A stretch of DNA of 64,000 nt from Mobula hypostoma (GCF_963921235.1 NC_086097.1:119476001-119540000), one strand, 5' to 3'; positions 26,285 through 38,564 are shown, counted from the stretch's first letter. The notes: generated by a model not told the origin, from the letters alone. Made by a program: numbers and translations.

Positions 26285-28545
26285 CTGTTTTAAATGGATG
26301 CCCCACTATCCTGAGGCTGTGTGCTGTTGTCCTAGACTCCACCACCATGGGAAACATTCCTTCCACATCTACTCTGTCTAGGCCCTTCATCGTTTGAAAG
26401 GTTTCAAATTAGATCATCCTTCATCCTTTTAAATTCCAGCGAGTACAGACTCGGAGCTATCAAATGTTCCTCGTATGATAACCCTTCTGTTCCCAGAATC
26501 ATCCTTGTGAATCTCCTCGGAACCTCCTTAATGCCAGCATATCTTTTTTTCAGATGAAGAGTCCAAAACTGTTCATAATGTTCAGGGTGAGGTCTCACCA
26601 GAGCCTTATAAAGCCTCATCATCACATTCCTGCTCTTGTATTCTAGACCTCTTGAAATGAATGCTAACATTGCATTTGCCATGCGACACACACAAATTAT
26701 GCTGGAGGAACTCAACAGACCAGGCAGAATTGATGGAAAAATGTATGGTTGATGTTTTGGGCTAAAATCCTTCAACAGGACCATCTTGTTGAAGGGTCTC
26801 AACCTGAAACATAAGCTGTATTTTTTCCCATAGATGCTGTCTGGCCTGCTGAGTTCATCCAGCATGCTTTCTGTGTGTTGCGTGTATTCCCAGCATCTAC
26901 AGATTTTCTCTTGCTTGTGATTGCATTTGCTTTGCTCATCACTGACTCAACCTGCAAGTTAACCTTCAGGGTTTCTGCACAAGGACTCCCAAGTCTCTTT
27001 GCATTTCAGAGTTTTGTATTTTCTCCCTGTTTAGAAAATAGTCTGCACATTTATTTCTACTACCCAAGTACATGACCATGTAATTTTCAATATTTGTGTT
27101 TTATTTGCCACTTTCTTGCCTATTCTCCTAATCTGTCGAAGTTCTTCTGTAGCCTACCTGTTTACTCAACACAATCTGCCCCTCTACCAGTCTTCGTATC
27201 ATCTGCAAACATGGCAACAAAGCCATCTATTTGATCATCTAAATCATTGATATGCAGCATAAAAAGAAGTGGTCACAACACTGACCCCTGCAGGACACCG
27301 CTAGTCATTGACAGTCAATCAGAAAAGGATCCTTTTATTCCTTGTAGGTGCCTCCTACCAATCAGCCAATGCTCTAACCATGCCAGTAACTTTCCTGTAA
27401 TGCCGTGGGCTCTTAAATTGGTAAGTAGCCTCATGTGTGGCACCTTGTCAAAGGCCTTCTGAACGTCCAAATATACAACATCCACTATATCCCCTTTAAA
27501 TGTCCTACTTGTAATCTCCTCAAGGAATTCCAATAGGCTCGTTCAGCAAGATTTTCCCTTAAGTAAACCACGCTGACTTTATCCTATCTTGTCCTGTGTC
27601 ACCAAGTAATCTACAACCTCATCCTTAACAATTGACTCCAACATCTTTCCAACAACTGAGGTCAGGTTAATGGGTCTATAATTTCCTTTCTGCTGCCTTC
27701 ATTCTTTCTTAAAGAGTGGAGTGGCATTTGCAATTGGCAGTCCTCCAGACTCATGCCAGAGTCTGATGATGTTTGAAAGTGCATTACTAATGTCTCCATA
27801 GTCTCTAACACTACATTTTTCAGAAACCTAGGGTGTAGTTCATCTGGTTCGGGTGACTTATGTACCTTAGGGCTTTCAGCTTTTTGTAATAGTAATTGCA
27901 CTCACTTCTCTTCCCTCACACCCTTCAACATCTGGAACACTGCTAGTGTTCTCCACAGTGAAGACTGATGCAAAGTACTCACTTAGTTCATCTGCTGTCT
28001 CCTTGTCCTCCATTATTATTTCTCCAGCCTCACTTCCACTCCTATATCCACTCTTACCTCTCTTTTATTTTTTACATACTGGAATAAAAGCTTTCACTAT
28101 CTATATTGTTTGCAAGCTTGCTTCCATATTTCACCTTTTCTTTCCTAATGATTTTTTAGTTGCTCTCTGTAGGATTTTTAAAGTTTCTCAATCCTCTATC
28201 CTCCTGCTAATTTTTGCTTTGTTATATGCCTCTCTTTTGCTTTTACATTAGCTTTAACTTCCCTTGTCAGCCATGGTTGTACTATGTTGCAGTTTAAAAT
28301 TTCTTCGTTTTTGGAATACATCTATCTTGCACCTTCCTCATTTTTCCCAGAAACTCTCACCATTGCTTCTTTGCTGTTATCCCTGCCAGTATCTCCTTCC
28401 AATTTACTTTGCCCAACTCCTCTCTCATACCGCTGTAATTTCATTTACTCCACTGAAATACTGTTACGTCAGATTGTACTTTCTCCCTATCAAATTTCAA
28501 GTTGAACTCAATCATATTGTGATCACAATTGTGATCATATTCTTT
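26285..28545 (-). mobile_element. Old CR1 LINE fragment nested in BEL
   Basis: VYLDVQKAFDKVPH, KSPEPDELHPRFLK, LYKALVRPHPEH fragments. Confidence 0.9.
26680..26919. mobile_element. Palindromic Penelope-end insertion
   Basis: Inverted arms centred on CCTTCAACA...TGTTGAAGG (26769-26795); 11-bp TSD ATTGCATTTGC (26669-79, 26920-30). Confidence 0.8.
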
Positions 28546-28549
28546 CCAA

Positions 28550-28790
28550 ATCTTGATGATTGACTTAACTGTACTCCAAGGGATATTTAGTGACTTGGAA
28601 ATTTTCTTGTATCCATCTCCTGACTTATGCTTTTCAATAACCTTTTTGCAGAGTTGCTTAGAGTGTTATTTTATCTTCATGATGTAGTTTTTGCCAGGAT
28701 ACTAACTCACCAGCAGTTGGACCTTCCAGATACAGGTTTATTTTTACTACAATCAATTAAAACATCTTGACAGCACACAGATGTCCAAGA
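28550..28790 (-). mobile_element. Probable Tc1/mariner 5' fragment
   Basis: Resembles remembered fish Tc1 5' regions (GGACCTTCCAGATACAGG...ACTACAATCAATT); no TIR seen. Confidence 0.5.
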
Positions 28791-28794
28791 ACAT

Positions 28795-29505
28795 GGCTCC
28801 TTAATGAGGGCATTGTGGAGACTGGTTTGCGGGAGGAGAAGATGGCCACGCGACGCAGCTCGCAACGGCCACTCTGGTGGTGATGTCTGTTATATTTCAA
28901 GTAGGGTGCCGTGCACAATCCTGATTTGGTAGAGACGGACGTGAGAGTACAGAGGAACATCTGGAGAAACTTCTGAAATGCCTGCTTCACTGCTGCTGCT
29001 ACTGTGTGGTCTAGAATCTCCAGAGGAGGAGGCCTCAAGTCCTCGGCTTTGCTTGTTGCTTGGCAGCCGGGGTGGAGTCAAAGCGCTCGGCAGAGAATGG
29101 TGCTCAGAGAGGCTGTATCGGAGGGGCTGGTCAGAGGTTCGAAGTTTTTGGACAGACTCAGAGTCGGCTGCGGTCGTGTGCTCCCAATGCGTCAGCAAGT
29201 TGTCAGCTCTTGGAGGCTCATGGCAGCGAGAGTTTCTACCTTCTGCTGCCTGCGTTAGATGATGAGTCGATTGGGACTTTGAGACTTTTTTTTACCATGC
29301 CTATGGTCTGCTGTTTATCAAATTATGGTATTGCTTTGCATTGCTGTAACTAAATGTTGTAATTATGTGCTTTTGTCAGTTTTAGTCTTGGTTTGTCCTG
29401 TTTGTTTTTGTGATATCATTCTGGAAAAACGTTGTACCACTTTTTAATGCATGCATTTCTAAATGACAATAAACAAGGGCTGAGTGTCCTCATAATCTAA
29501 TCTAA
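28795..29505 (+). mobile_element. Non-coding ~0.7 kb retroposon, copy 2
   Basis: Homologous to 1927-2616; ends AATAAA...(TAATC)n. Confidence 0.8.
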
Positions 29506-30813
29506 ATGTATTTCTGGAATGGATGGAAGTTCAGTCTGTCCATCTCTATGCAGACGGGATTGGCATCAGTAGCAACTCTTGACTGAGGATTTTACTGTGG
29601 TGGAAATGCAGAAGGAGGTGTTGTGGGTCTTCGTTGCTGTGGACCTTGACTGTCAATACCTGGACATGTAAAAGGCATGTTGGCTGTGTAGTATGGGCAG
29701 TTTCTCCTTGTAGAGCTGGAGCAATGACTCTTTTGTAGCCAAAATGTATTTGGACATATTCTTTAGTAAGATGCGTTGGCTGTTGTGATGGCAAGGCATG
29801 AGTGACTCTGGTTATTGAATTTCCACTGAATAAATCAGCTACTGATTCATATACCTTTACCTCTGCAGAGTCAGCATAAGCTTCAGACTCTTCCTTGATG
29901 CTCTTAAAGTAGCCTCTACACATGCTTTCTCCATATCTATGTATGTTTGTTCCCTGTCATGTGAACGTTCTCTGTTTGCATGTTTGCATATTAACTTTAC
30001 ATTTAACATAAGCCACTCTCATATCTGTTGCTTCACCTCTGGTGCAGGCTCATGCTACAGCTGTGCTAATCATGGATCCGTTTGAGCACTGGGAAGCCTC
30101 AATCGATGAGCCACACTCTGACCTGACTTCCAGGACCTGGCAATTATTGTTGCTCTGGTTGGAAGCCAACATTTTGATCTACAGCATTCAGATGCGTCTC
30201 CAGTCCTCGGGTGATGGCTTTGAAGATGAGTTATCTTTTCACTTTACTGCCCTCGTAGTGAGTATGTACAAAGCTATGCAGTGAGTTAAACACTATCTCA
30301 GAAATCACCAGAGATGGAAGCTTTCTTCAGGGTTTTAATGCGATCTTACTTGTGAAAAGATATTGCTGTTTCAAGAACAAATAAAGGGAGGATGAAGACA
30401 AATGTCTTTCCACCATCCACGTCAAATTGAATCCAAATTAACGCACTCAGAAAATGATATAAAAACAAAGCTTAGGAACAGGAAGTGATGCTCGTACAAA
30501 AACAAGTTGCAGCTCTAGAAGCCAGGACAACAACATTGAACTGATCATTGAATGTGAACTATGGACTCACTTTCAAGAACTCTATAACTCATGTTCTCAG
30601 TATTATTTGTTTATTTATTATTAGTTTATTTTCTGTTTGCACAGTTTATCTTCTTTTGCACATTCTCAGTCTTTGTGTGTAATGTTTCCACTGATTCTAT
30701 GTTTCTTTGTTCTACTGTGAATACCTGCAAGAAAATGAATCTCAATATGATATATGGTGACATAATGTATTCTGTATGTACTTTGTTAATAAATTTACTC
30801 CAGACTTTGAACT

Positions 30814-31414
30814 TTGAACATATGTCAGTGATAATGACAGAGAGTTTGGATGCTGCTCTTCTCCCTTCTAATGAAGGTCTTCACCTGAAAATGGAGTTGA
30901 GTTGATCTCTTTATTTCACTCAAGTTCCAGTTAATCCACAGAACACTCCTGTAATAGAAGAACAAATACATTTATGAAAAATAAAATTTCAGTGGTAGGA
31001 ATAATAATTTTGCTTGGTACATTTCAAAAAATGAAAAACCTTCATAAAGATATACATGATGAAAATCCTGTTTTTGAAAGTACCTGCTGTTCCCAGTTAA
31101 AGTCTACTTATGGTCAACAAGCAATCACTCAATTTCTATAGAAGAATTTAAATATGGCTTAATATGTGTATAAAATTATTAAAGTAATCTGAGAGCTGAT
31201 CTGATGAGATTTAACTATGTTTACCTTTCTAATACTTTTAAGACATGAAAATAAATGGAACAGTCTATACAATATCAAATTCTTAGGTAGTCCCACTGCA
31301 AAGATCTACTTTAACATTGATGGAAAATTATCTATATGAATTTCAAGCATTTCATGCTACTATTCAGAAGAGGGTAACATTTCATCAGTTTTAGTTGCAA
31401 AGATGTATCGACAT
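30814..31414 (-). pseudogene. Three pseudo-exons (31414-31225, 31135-31084, 30948-30814; the third is completed at 16746-16741)
   Basis: Canonical AG/GT ends; introns of 89 and 135 nt; phases 2>0>1>2; donor GTGAGT at 16740 reached after removing a Rex1 tail (TSD ttgaac) and BEL. Confidence 0.7.
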
Positions 31415-31523
31415 CTAGAAATTAAAGCATCCTTCATATCTCTCTACCAAATTAAGGGAACAGTGAAAAGGAGTGAAAGAAAAGGCATCTTTATAACCAC
31501 AATGAGGTTAATGACAATATGAT

Positions 31524-32219
31524 TGTAGCCCCTCCTGGCCACCCTCAGGGTTGCTCGGCTCGCTGTTGTCTAGGGAAACAGCCTCGGTCCCGCCAAACTG
31601 GATAATTCGTTTGTGTGGATGCTGTGTGAGTTACCCCACCCCGCCCTAATAACAGACAATACACCAGATTCAATTAAATGATTTACAGTTTATACATATT
31701 ACTGGAACTGTATAATTAAGAGAGAATAAAATATAAAAGGAAAATAAAAGGCGCCACACTTATCAAAGTTCAATTTCTTCGTGCACAAAAACCGTTGGAG
31801 CTCAAGGACCTTCTTCTTCACCCTGCGACCCCCTCGGACCACCTCGACCGGCCGCCTGGGACCAACAACGGTGGTTGACCGGACGCTCCACACGAGTCCG
31901 TCTCTGTCTCCTCGCCGAACGCCCTCCTTGGGGTCCGACCCCGTTAGCGGACATCACAGCACATCGTCCATCCTCTGTCTCGCTCTCCCACCTTCTGCCC
32001 CAAAACCCCATGCAGACAGTATCTTCAAACACACCAAAACCATAACAACTATCCCAATTGGTTAATACTATCCTCTTATCACATTCTAAAGCAAAACAAG
32101 CTGCTAGCGCAAACTTTCTCAGCGATTAACACAACAAAGCCGCATTCCCCAGATTAACATAACAAAGACGCCATTTTAATTAGCCTCCGCAGTAACATAA
32201 AAATTGAAACCCCCTTACA
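31524..32219. mobile_element. Solo LTR, 696 bp
   Basis: TGTA...TACA termini with perfect 4-bp TSD TGAT (31520-23, 32220-23). Confidence 0.85.
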
Positions 32220-32333
32220 TGATTTATTGTGATCTGAAGTTTCCATTAATTAATCCGCATGCATTTAACTAATCAATCAAAAATCAGTATCTGAAGAAGT
32301 AAGATGTTTTTGGGGATTTACCAGGCATATCTG

Positions 32334-32531
32334 CCATTCTTTTTCTTACTTCGGGCAGCGTTTTCTTTGCCATTTCCTTAGCACTTGCTTGATTTTACAA
32401 GGCTGAGTTGCTAGCTTGACGCTCAACCCAGCATGGATGGAAAGTGTGTAAGGAGCTGGCTGGACTAGAATCTGACAACTATTGGCCTCAATGTCCTGTG
32501 CTGATGCCACAACACCATTGACCGCATACTG
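32334..32531 (-). mobile_element. tRNA-derived SINE, older copy of the 51904-52085 unit
   Basis: Shared TTGCTAGCT..AC.CTCAACCCAGCA.GGATGGAAAG core; 10-bp TSD GGCATATCTG. Confidence 0.75.
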
Positions 32532-32816
32532 GGCATATCTGGTCATAGATTATCATTAGGTTTAAGTGAGCATTGAAGGCACTGAGCTGTCATAATTGTT
32601 GAGCATCCTTCATTGATTCAAGTTCAGTTTGAAATTGCCACTTCACCTATGAGATGGCTTTCTGGAGATCAATCATGGACCTCTTGTAACTTTCTTGGTC
32701 ACCAGACATGAATGTCTCTGATCTGGCCTTCAGAAGATTGTGGACCTCATGGCTCATCTAGGGCTTCTGGTTGGGGAAGACTCTGAATGATTTTATGGGA
32801 CACACTCATCTATGCC

Positions 32817-33072
32817 AACCATGATAGAACCATAGAAACCATAGAAAAACTACAGCACAGAAAAAGGCCTTTTGGCCCTTCTTGGCTGTGCCGAACCATT
32901 TTCTGCCTGGTCCCACTGACCTGCACACGGACCATATCCCTCCATACACCTCCCATCCATGTATCTGTCCAATTTATTCTTAAATGCTAAAAAAGAAGCT
33001 GCATTTACCACCTCGTCTGGCAGCTCATTCCACACTCACACCACTCTCTGTGTGAAGAAGCCCCCCCCCCCG
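32817..33072 (-). mobile_element. CR1 3' end, same subfamily as 46464-50457
   Basis: WNELPDEVVNAAS...KNKLDRYMD and CCATAGAAA tail. Confidence 0.9.
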
Positions 33073-33447
33073 AATGATGTATTCATTCAGATCCACAAAT
33101 GAATCCTTGAACACGGCCTCACTCAGCGACATGAAGCAATCCCGCAGTCAGTCCTCTGCCTCCCACAACCAGCTATTTGCTGTCCTAATCTCTGGTGGAT
33201 TCTTGATGCTGTCACATGGAAGGTGGAGGTTATCCTACTTGACCCTTTATAAGCTTGCCAGCAAATATTTGAGTTACCAATATTGCATCCTGATGCTTTT
33301 GTGAGCCATAAGCTTCTTTGCAAGTCAAAATTGAGGTATAAAGCTTGTTGCTTGCAATTATTTAATTAAGGGTTACAAGAGCAAAGAAGAGGAAGCAAGA
33401 AGCCTGGTGAGAAATAATGGGGGAGAAAAACAAAGGTTGTCTTATAC

Positions 33448-33560
33448 CTGACTACTGATAACAGTAAATTGATAACAGTTAACCAATTAAATAGCCAGAG
33501 TCAAGTCCTGTGACACATGCTACTGAATCTAATAAGTTTCCAGAAAAAGTACGAAAGCAG
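33448..33560 (-). pseudogene. Pseudo-exon: LLSYFFWKLIRFSSMCHRT*LWLFNWLTVINLLLSVV
   Basis: ttacAG acceptor and GTATAA donor; phase 0>2 bridges exons ending 44038 and starting 31414. Confidence 0.7.
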
Positions 33561-33620
33561 CTGTAACCACTAAAAAATTCTTTGAATGGTTACATGGATA
33601 TACACTAAGTGGATATATAG

Positions 33621-34018
33621 AATGCCCCCATGTCAGCTACCCTGCAGAGTGTTATACAGCCAGCTACATCATGGTCGATGCTCAGCTGGAGGGCCGAAGA
33701 ACCTCTGTAAGGATCGAATGAAAAATGCTTTAAGGAAGTGCAAGATTAGACCCGAGGACCTGGAGGATGTTGGTGCTGACCGTACCACTTGGCGACAGCT
33801 GTGTAGGGATGGGGTTCGTATTCTGGAGATAGAAAGAACAACCAGAAGACAGCAGAAGAGAGCCAGGAGAAATGCAGCCATGGTTGCCACCACTACCACA
33901 TATACATGTCCCACCTGCTATAGAGCTTGTGGTCCAGGACAGGATTATATAGCCATCAAAGATCTCACCGTTAAAGGAGTGGACATCGTCATCGGATTTC
34001 AATGAACAACCGAAGAAG
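33621..34018 (+). mobile_element. RTE-clade LINE 3' end
   Basis: MP..QLP.RVLYSQL.HG.C..GGPK...KD.MK..L, DRTTWR, CPTC..AC zinc finger; (GAA)n tail. Confidence 0.9.
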
Positions 34019-35134
34019 ATATAAAATACAAACAAGCATAAGAAAAATACAAGAAAAAGTAATAATTCCACACCCACACCACCCCCCCCCCGCCGAATCT
34101 AATGCCAAGTATGAAATACCTCTCAGATGATCTCACAATACCTTTTTAGTAAGGTGCCTGCTCTGCATAGATACAAGCACAATTCTTCAGTGAACTGACT
34201 TCAGGAACAGCTAAACTTTCCAACTGCCAACACCTGATATAGTTGCCAGCCTGCACTGACAAAACGGTCAGCTGAGTAGCATGGTACAGTTACTATATTG
34301 TTTATTCATCTTCCGGTCAAGATAGCACCGAGCTGCGATGTCCATCAATGATGTGGTTAAGAATTAGTTATACTTTTATATTTATAAGGATGGTTTTGAT
34401 GATGGAGTTGGGAATTCGGGTCGGGGAAGGGTTTAGCGACAGGGATGAGGAGGAGTTGGAGATCAGGTGCAGTAAATGAAGTGTCTGGGCTGGAGATCGA
34501 GTCCAATTAGAAGGGCTCCAGAACTGAACATCAGTGATCCCAGAACTTATGTCACAAGTACTGAGAAGACCAGTGGTCCACAGGTCAGAGACCCGTCCCA
34601 AGTTGGAAACTCATATGGGTGGCGTGTTCTGGGGATGGGTGGGAGTCATGAGGGTCAGTGACTCCTCACCCCAACACCCTCCCCCCCCCCCCAGGTCACC
34701 AGAGTTGGAGGTTCATGCGAGGCCTGATGTATAGACCCAAAGAGATCAAACTTGGCGATGTCCAGAGTGCAAAGCCAAAGGTTGGAGACCAAAAGAAGAG
34801 GCTTAAGCTTGAGGAATGAAAATAGAGGTTCAATGGATTCACAAGCGTCCAAGGAAGCCATGCACATCCATTCATGTCTGGAAGTCAAGACCCGAAAGTC
34901 AAACCTATTATCAGTACCTTGGGGTGAAGTCCAAGCTTAGAGGTCCAATGTCTGAGAATCTGGGCATATGAACTGGAAGCCTTCCATTTGGCGTCCTCCA
35001 GTCTGGGTGTGTGAGAGTGTGGGAGGGGTTGGAAAGGAGCTTGTTTTGCTGTTGTTTTGTTTTATGCTGCTTAAGTTGTAATGTTGTACAGAGTTGTTCT
35101 GAATCTCAGTCTGAAAGTCGTGTGACCTTCCAAG

Positions 35135-36315
35135 CCAAGCACACACAAAAAAACTGGAAAAATTTAGCAGGTCAGGCAGCATCTATGAAATTGAATAAAC
35201 AGCTGGCATTTAAGGATGGGACCCTTAACAGGACTGGCAAGAAATTATTAAGATGCCAGAATCAAAAAGCTGGAGGGGTGTGAGGAAGAAAGACCAGCTA
35301 GAATGTGAGATGTGAAGTCAGGTGTGTGGGAAAGGTAAAGGTGAAGGAGGGTGGAGGGGCAACAGAGGGAGATGATAGGCAGGTGAGGAGAAGAGGTAAG
35401 AGGCTAGAGTTGGGAATAGAAGGAGAGGAAAGGGAAAGGGAGAAAAAAGAAAAGAAAAAAAATACTGGAAGGAGAAATCAATGTTCATGCCATCAGGCTG
35501 GAGGCTAACCAACCAGAATAGGAGGTGTTTCTCCTCCACTCTGAGAGTGGCCTCATTGTGGCAGAAGAAGAGGCCAAGGACTGAGATGTCAGAATGGGAA
35601 TGGGGACAAGAATTGAAATGGTGGGCGGCCGAAAAATTCTGCTTTTGGTGAATGGAGCAAGGGTACTGGAATGAAGGTGAGGTACAAGGTGAACGGACAA
35701 GTGTAGCACTTCTGTCACTGGCAGGGATACTGGATGTGAAAGGAACGAGATTAGTAGAGAGGGAGAAATGAATCATGGAGGGTGCAATCTCTGTGGAAAG
35801 CAGATAGTTTTCCCCCAGAGTGGGGAGTCTAAGAAAAGGAGGAGGGTTGGAGACAGAAGAAGGGGGTAATTGGTGTAGGGCAGGGAATTCTTGCCAAAGA
35901 GTGAGCTTGGAGATGCATGTAATGGAGGAAGAGTCCAGCTTTGTGATGAATGTGCAACTCACTGAGGTGCGGGTGTGTCGGGACAAAGATAAGGACCTTG
36001 CCGAGGACAGAACGTTTCACCTCAGAGAGGGGAATGTCGGAAGGAATGGTGAAGACATGGCAGATATTAGAGCTGGGATCAGCATGGGAGGAGAGCTGGT
36101 AGTGTCAGAGGAGGGGAGAGAGTTGGCGTGTTCAAGGAAGGTATTGGGGGGGAGCTGAAGGGTCTGAGGGCCCATGAGGTGATAGGAGAGCCTGAGAGAC
36201 TTGGGGTTGGAGAGTGGTGGTGGGGGAAGGGGAGCCCTGGGACCCAGCAGCAACAAGGAAAGTCTTGGCCTGGATGTCGTGGCAGATGAGGTCAGGGCTG
36301 GAGCTGGAGTTAGAG
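35135..36315 (-). mobile_element. Internally deleted Penelope-like element
   Basis: N-terminal RSVLGKVLIFVP.HPHLSE motif and GIY-YIG C-terminus (HHFNS.PHSHSDISVLGL...LRVEEKHL...LQPDGMNIDFS); RT core missing. Confidence 0.85.
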
Positions 36316-37172
36316 GCTGCAGATTTTGCAGTCTGAAGGTGACCTTCCAAGATACTTGGCAATGATCTGATTTCTTTTCTCTGAATCAAAGTTAAATTTA
36401 TTGCCATATCCACAAGAACCTGGATGCACAGGAGCAATGAAAAACTTAGTTGCAGCATCATCACAGGTAGGTGACCAGAACTGCACACAATACTCCAATG
36501 TAGTCGTCAGAAGCATCTTATACTATTTCAACATAACATCCCATCACCGTACTCAATACTTTAAGGAGTTAGAAAATATGGCACATGTGGTTTTTGCAGA
36601 CCCAGGCAACTTCTTCCAGTTTGTCTATAAAACAGTTTTTTCTTCTGCTCTTATGCCTTTCCTGTCTTTTCAAGGTGGCTGGGGTTCTGTCAGAGTCTGT
36701 GACCTGCAATTCAAGCTATGGTTCTTAGCAAGTGGTGGCTGTGCGGCCTGGCACTTCACTATTTCCAGGAATGGCCTGGAAGACGTGTGCATTCAGGGAG
36801 TGGCCCTGTACATGATTCAGTTCCTCTCCAATTTTGTGAACTGAAGCATTGTGGGAGACAGAAACATCAGCCTGTCTGTGATTCCGAAGTGCCGGGTTAT
36901 GGACTGTAGTTTTTGATGAACTCTCGGGTCTCTTTGGGACCTTCTGCTATTGCTTTCATGGGGGAACTGATGCTTCTGCTGGCACAAGTTGGGGGGAGGG
37001 TGAGTGTCGATGCTTCGACTGCTGCTTGTGCCATAGGAGGAGAGAGGGCGTGCTTCAGAGTTCTGATATTTCTATCATTCTTGCTATGGGGTTTCTTGTT
37101 TTGCAAATGTTTGTGAACAGTAAGAATTTCAGGTTATATTCTCTGATATTAAATTGAACCACTTGATATCTG

Positions 37173-37464
37173 ATTAAAGATTAAAGTCCGTCACGAGCTG
37201 GTCCCATCAGGCCGGTACTTATGCTGGTTTCCATGTCGTGAAGCAACTAAGAGTACGAGACTACCCCACCCCCCGACTGCCCTGGATAGGACGCCAGTCT
37301 ATCGTGAGGTTAACTCCCAGCATTTTTACCAGTACCCATTCTCAGTTGGGTAGACTGGAGCAATGTGTGGTTAAGTACCTTGCTCAAACTGCCTCGGCCA
37401 AGGCTCGAACCCATGACCTTCACATCGCTAGTCCAACGCTTTAACCACTTGGCCATGCACCACA
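37173..37464 (-). mobile_element. tRNA-derived SINE with Meta/V-type conserved core
   Basis: A box TGGCCAAGTGG and B box GGTTCGAGCC; core TTGCTCCAGTCTACCCAACTGAGAATGGGTAC and CGATAGACTGGCGTCCTATCCAGGG; (CTTTAAT) tail; perfect 13-bp TSD CACTTGATATCTG. Confidence 0.88.
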
Positions 37465-38564
37465 CACTTGATATCTGCTTATGACCTTATCTGCCTGTAA
37501 ATTCATGAAGGGCTCCAGTATTCTCAGGGCAGTCCCTGTTGTTTCGTTAGTTAAGTCAGTGGCAGCCCATTTGTAATCAAATCCACATTAATCCAATGCC
37601 ACACCCTCCCAACTGAAATCTGTGAAATCATTTCTACTTCAGAATAGAGCATCAGTCACCTGTCCAGTGTCGCAGTGAGCAGCAAACTGTGAGATATGAC
37701 ACAGGTTTGCAGAGGCCATCTTTGTCTCCGTGGTGAGAGTAGTTGAGACACATTAGCCAGACAGGAGATGCTCCCACAGAACGCTTCATATCCAGTTGAG
37801 TATGACTGCATTGGTGAACTTTCACAGAAGCTAAAATATGAATACATTTTGATGTCATGCCATTTCTCTCCTGGATCCCTGACCTTGGGTTAGTTACCTA
37901 CAACATCTGGCCTGATGCTCCCACTTAGTAAGTGCTGCCGCATCACAACAACAGAGGCACCCCTTGTAAGTGTTAATCAAATACTTCCTTGTAGTTGGAA
38001 GTGACTCAAACTACTTTACAAGGTCAAGAAAGGTCTGAAGCTGACTGCAGTTAATGGATAAGTGGCTCTTTAATTGTCAGTCCAACAAAGAGCTCAATAG
38101 TTCTCAGTAAAGAGCTACTTTTGCTTTGAAGTTCAAAGTTTAAAGGTAAATTTATTATCAAAGTATATTTATGTCACCATATAAAATCCCGAGTTTCAAT
38201 TTCTTGTGGGCATTCACTGTACATACAAGGAACACCTGAGAACGTTAGTTGGTCTCAATAATGCAGGGAAACATCATTACACGATGAGCAAAGTGTCCAC
38301 TGCACGTGTTGTGGCACGTATCCTCAGAGAAACTGTCCTCTTGGATTGTGCGTTTGGCACGTGAACCGCAAGTAATTGCATTGTAAATTATTTTGTCACT
38401 AAATACAGAAAAAATGTTCGGGCGCAATTCTTTAACGTTCAGGTAGTTCTACAATGGAGGACTGACTCAGATTCAGATTCAGGTTTGCTTATCATGTTTT
38501 TATTATTTCATGTGTAAAACATGAAGTGAATGTGTCATTTGCATTAACAACCAACACACTTTGA

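Larger units (their letters stand above)
16747..30529 (-). mobile_element. Ancient BEL/Pao LTR retrotransposon, fragmented by nested insertions
   Basis: Diverged LTRs 30529-30243 and 17036-16747; 5-bp TSD agaac/acaac; PPT GCCAGGAGGGGAG before the 3' LTR; gag remnant 30240-29510; pol pieces 26280-25522 (LNDALL..DLNNSVLGV..FRTE...MADIKQ), 23640-23208 (EYHMRV..GN..SP...VERHFCVDDGLKS), 22834-22652 (RPF..GVL.TISTLFEPLGFAAPV.IQG), 18092-17865 (RNase H/A17 region), ~17290-17100 (FSRPVSETVLLL*). Confidence 0.92.
32303..33369 (+). pseudogene. Decayed intronless ORF of unknown, possibly viral, origin (about 200 codons after removing insertions)
   Basis: ATG TTT TTG GGG ATT TAC at 32303; frame continues across a SINE (TSD GGCATATCTG) and, with one frameshift, across a CR1 tail (32817-33072) to ...CCPNLWWILDAV...KACCLQLFN*. 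Confidence 0.4.

Noticed and set aside
30866..30895. Hammerhead-like CTAATGA...GAAA motif
   Set aside because: It lies within pseudo-exon 30948-30814 and lacks Penelope flanks; probably chance.
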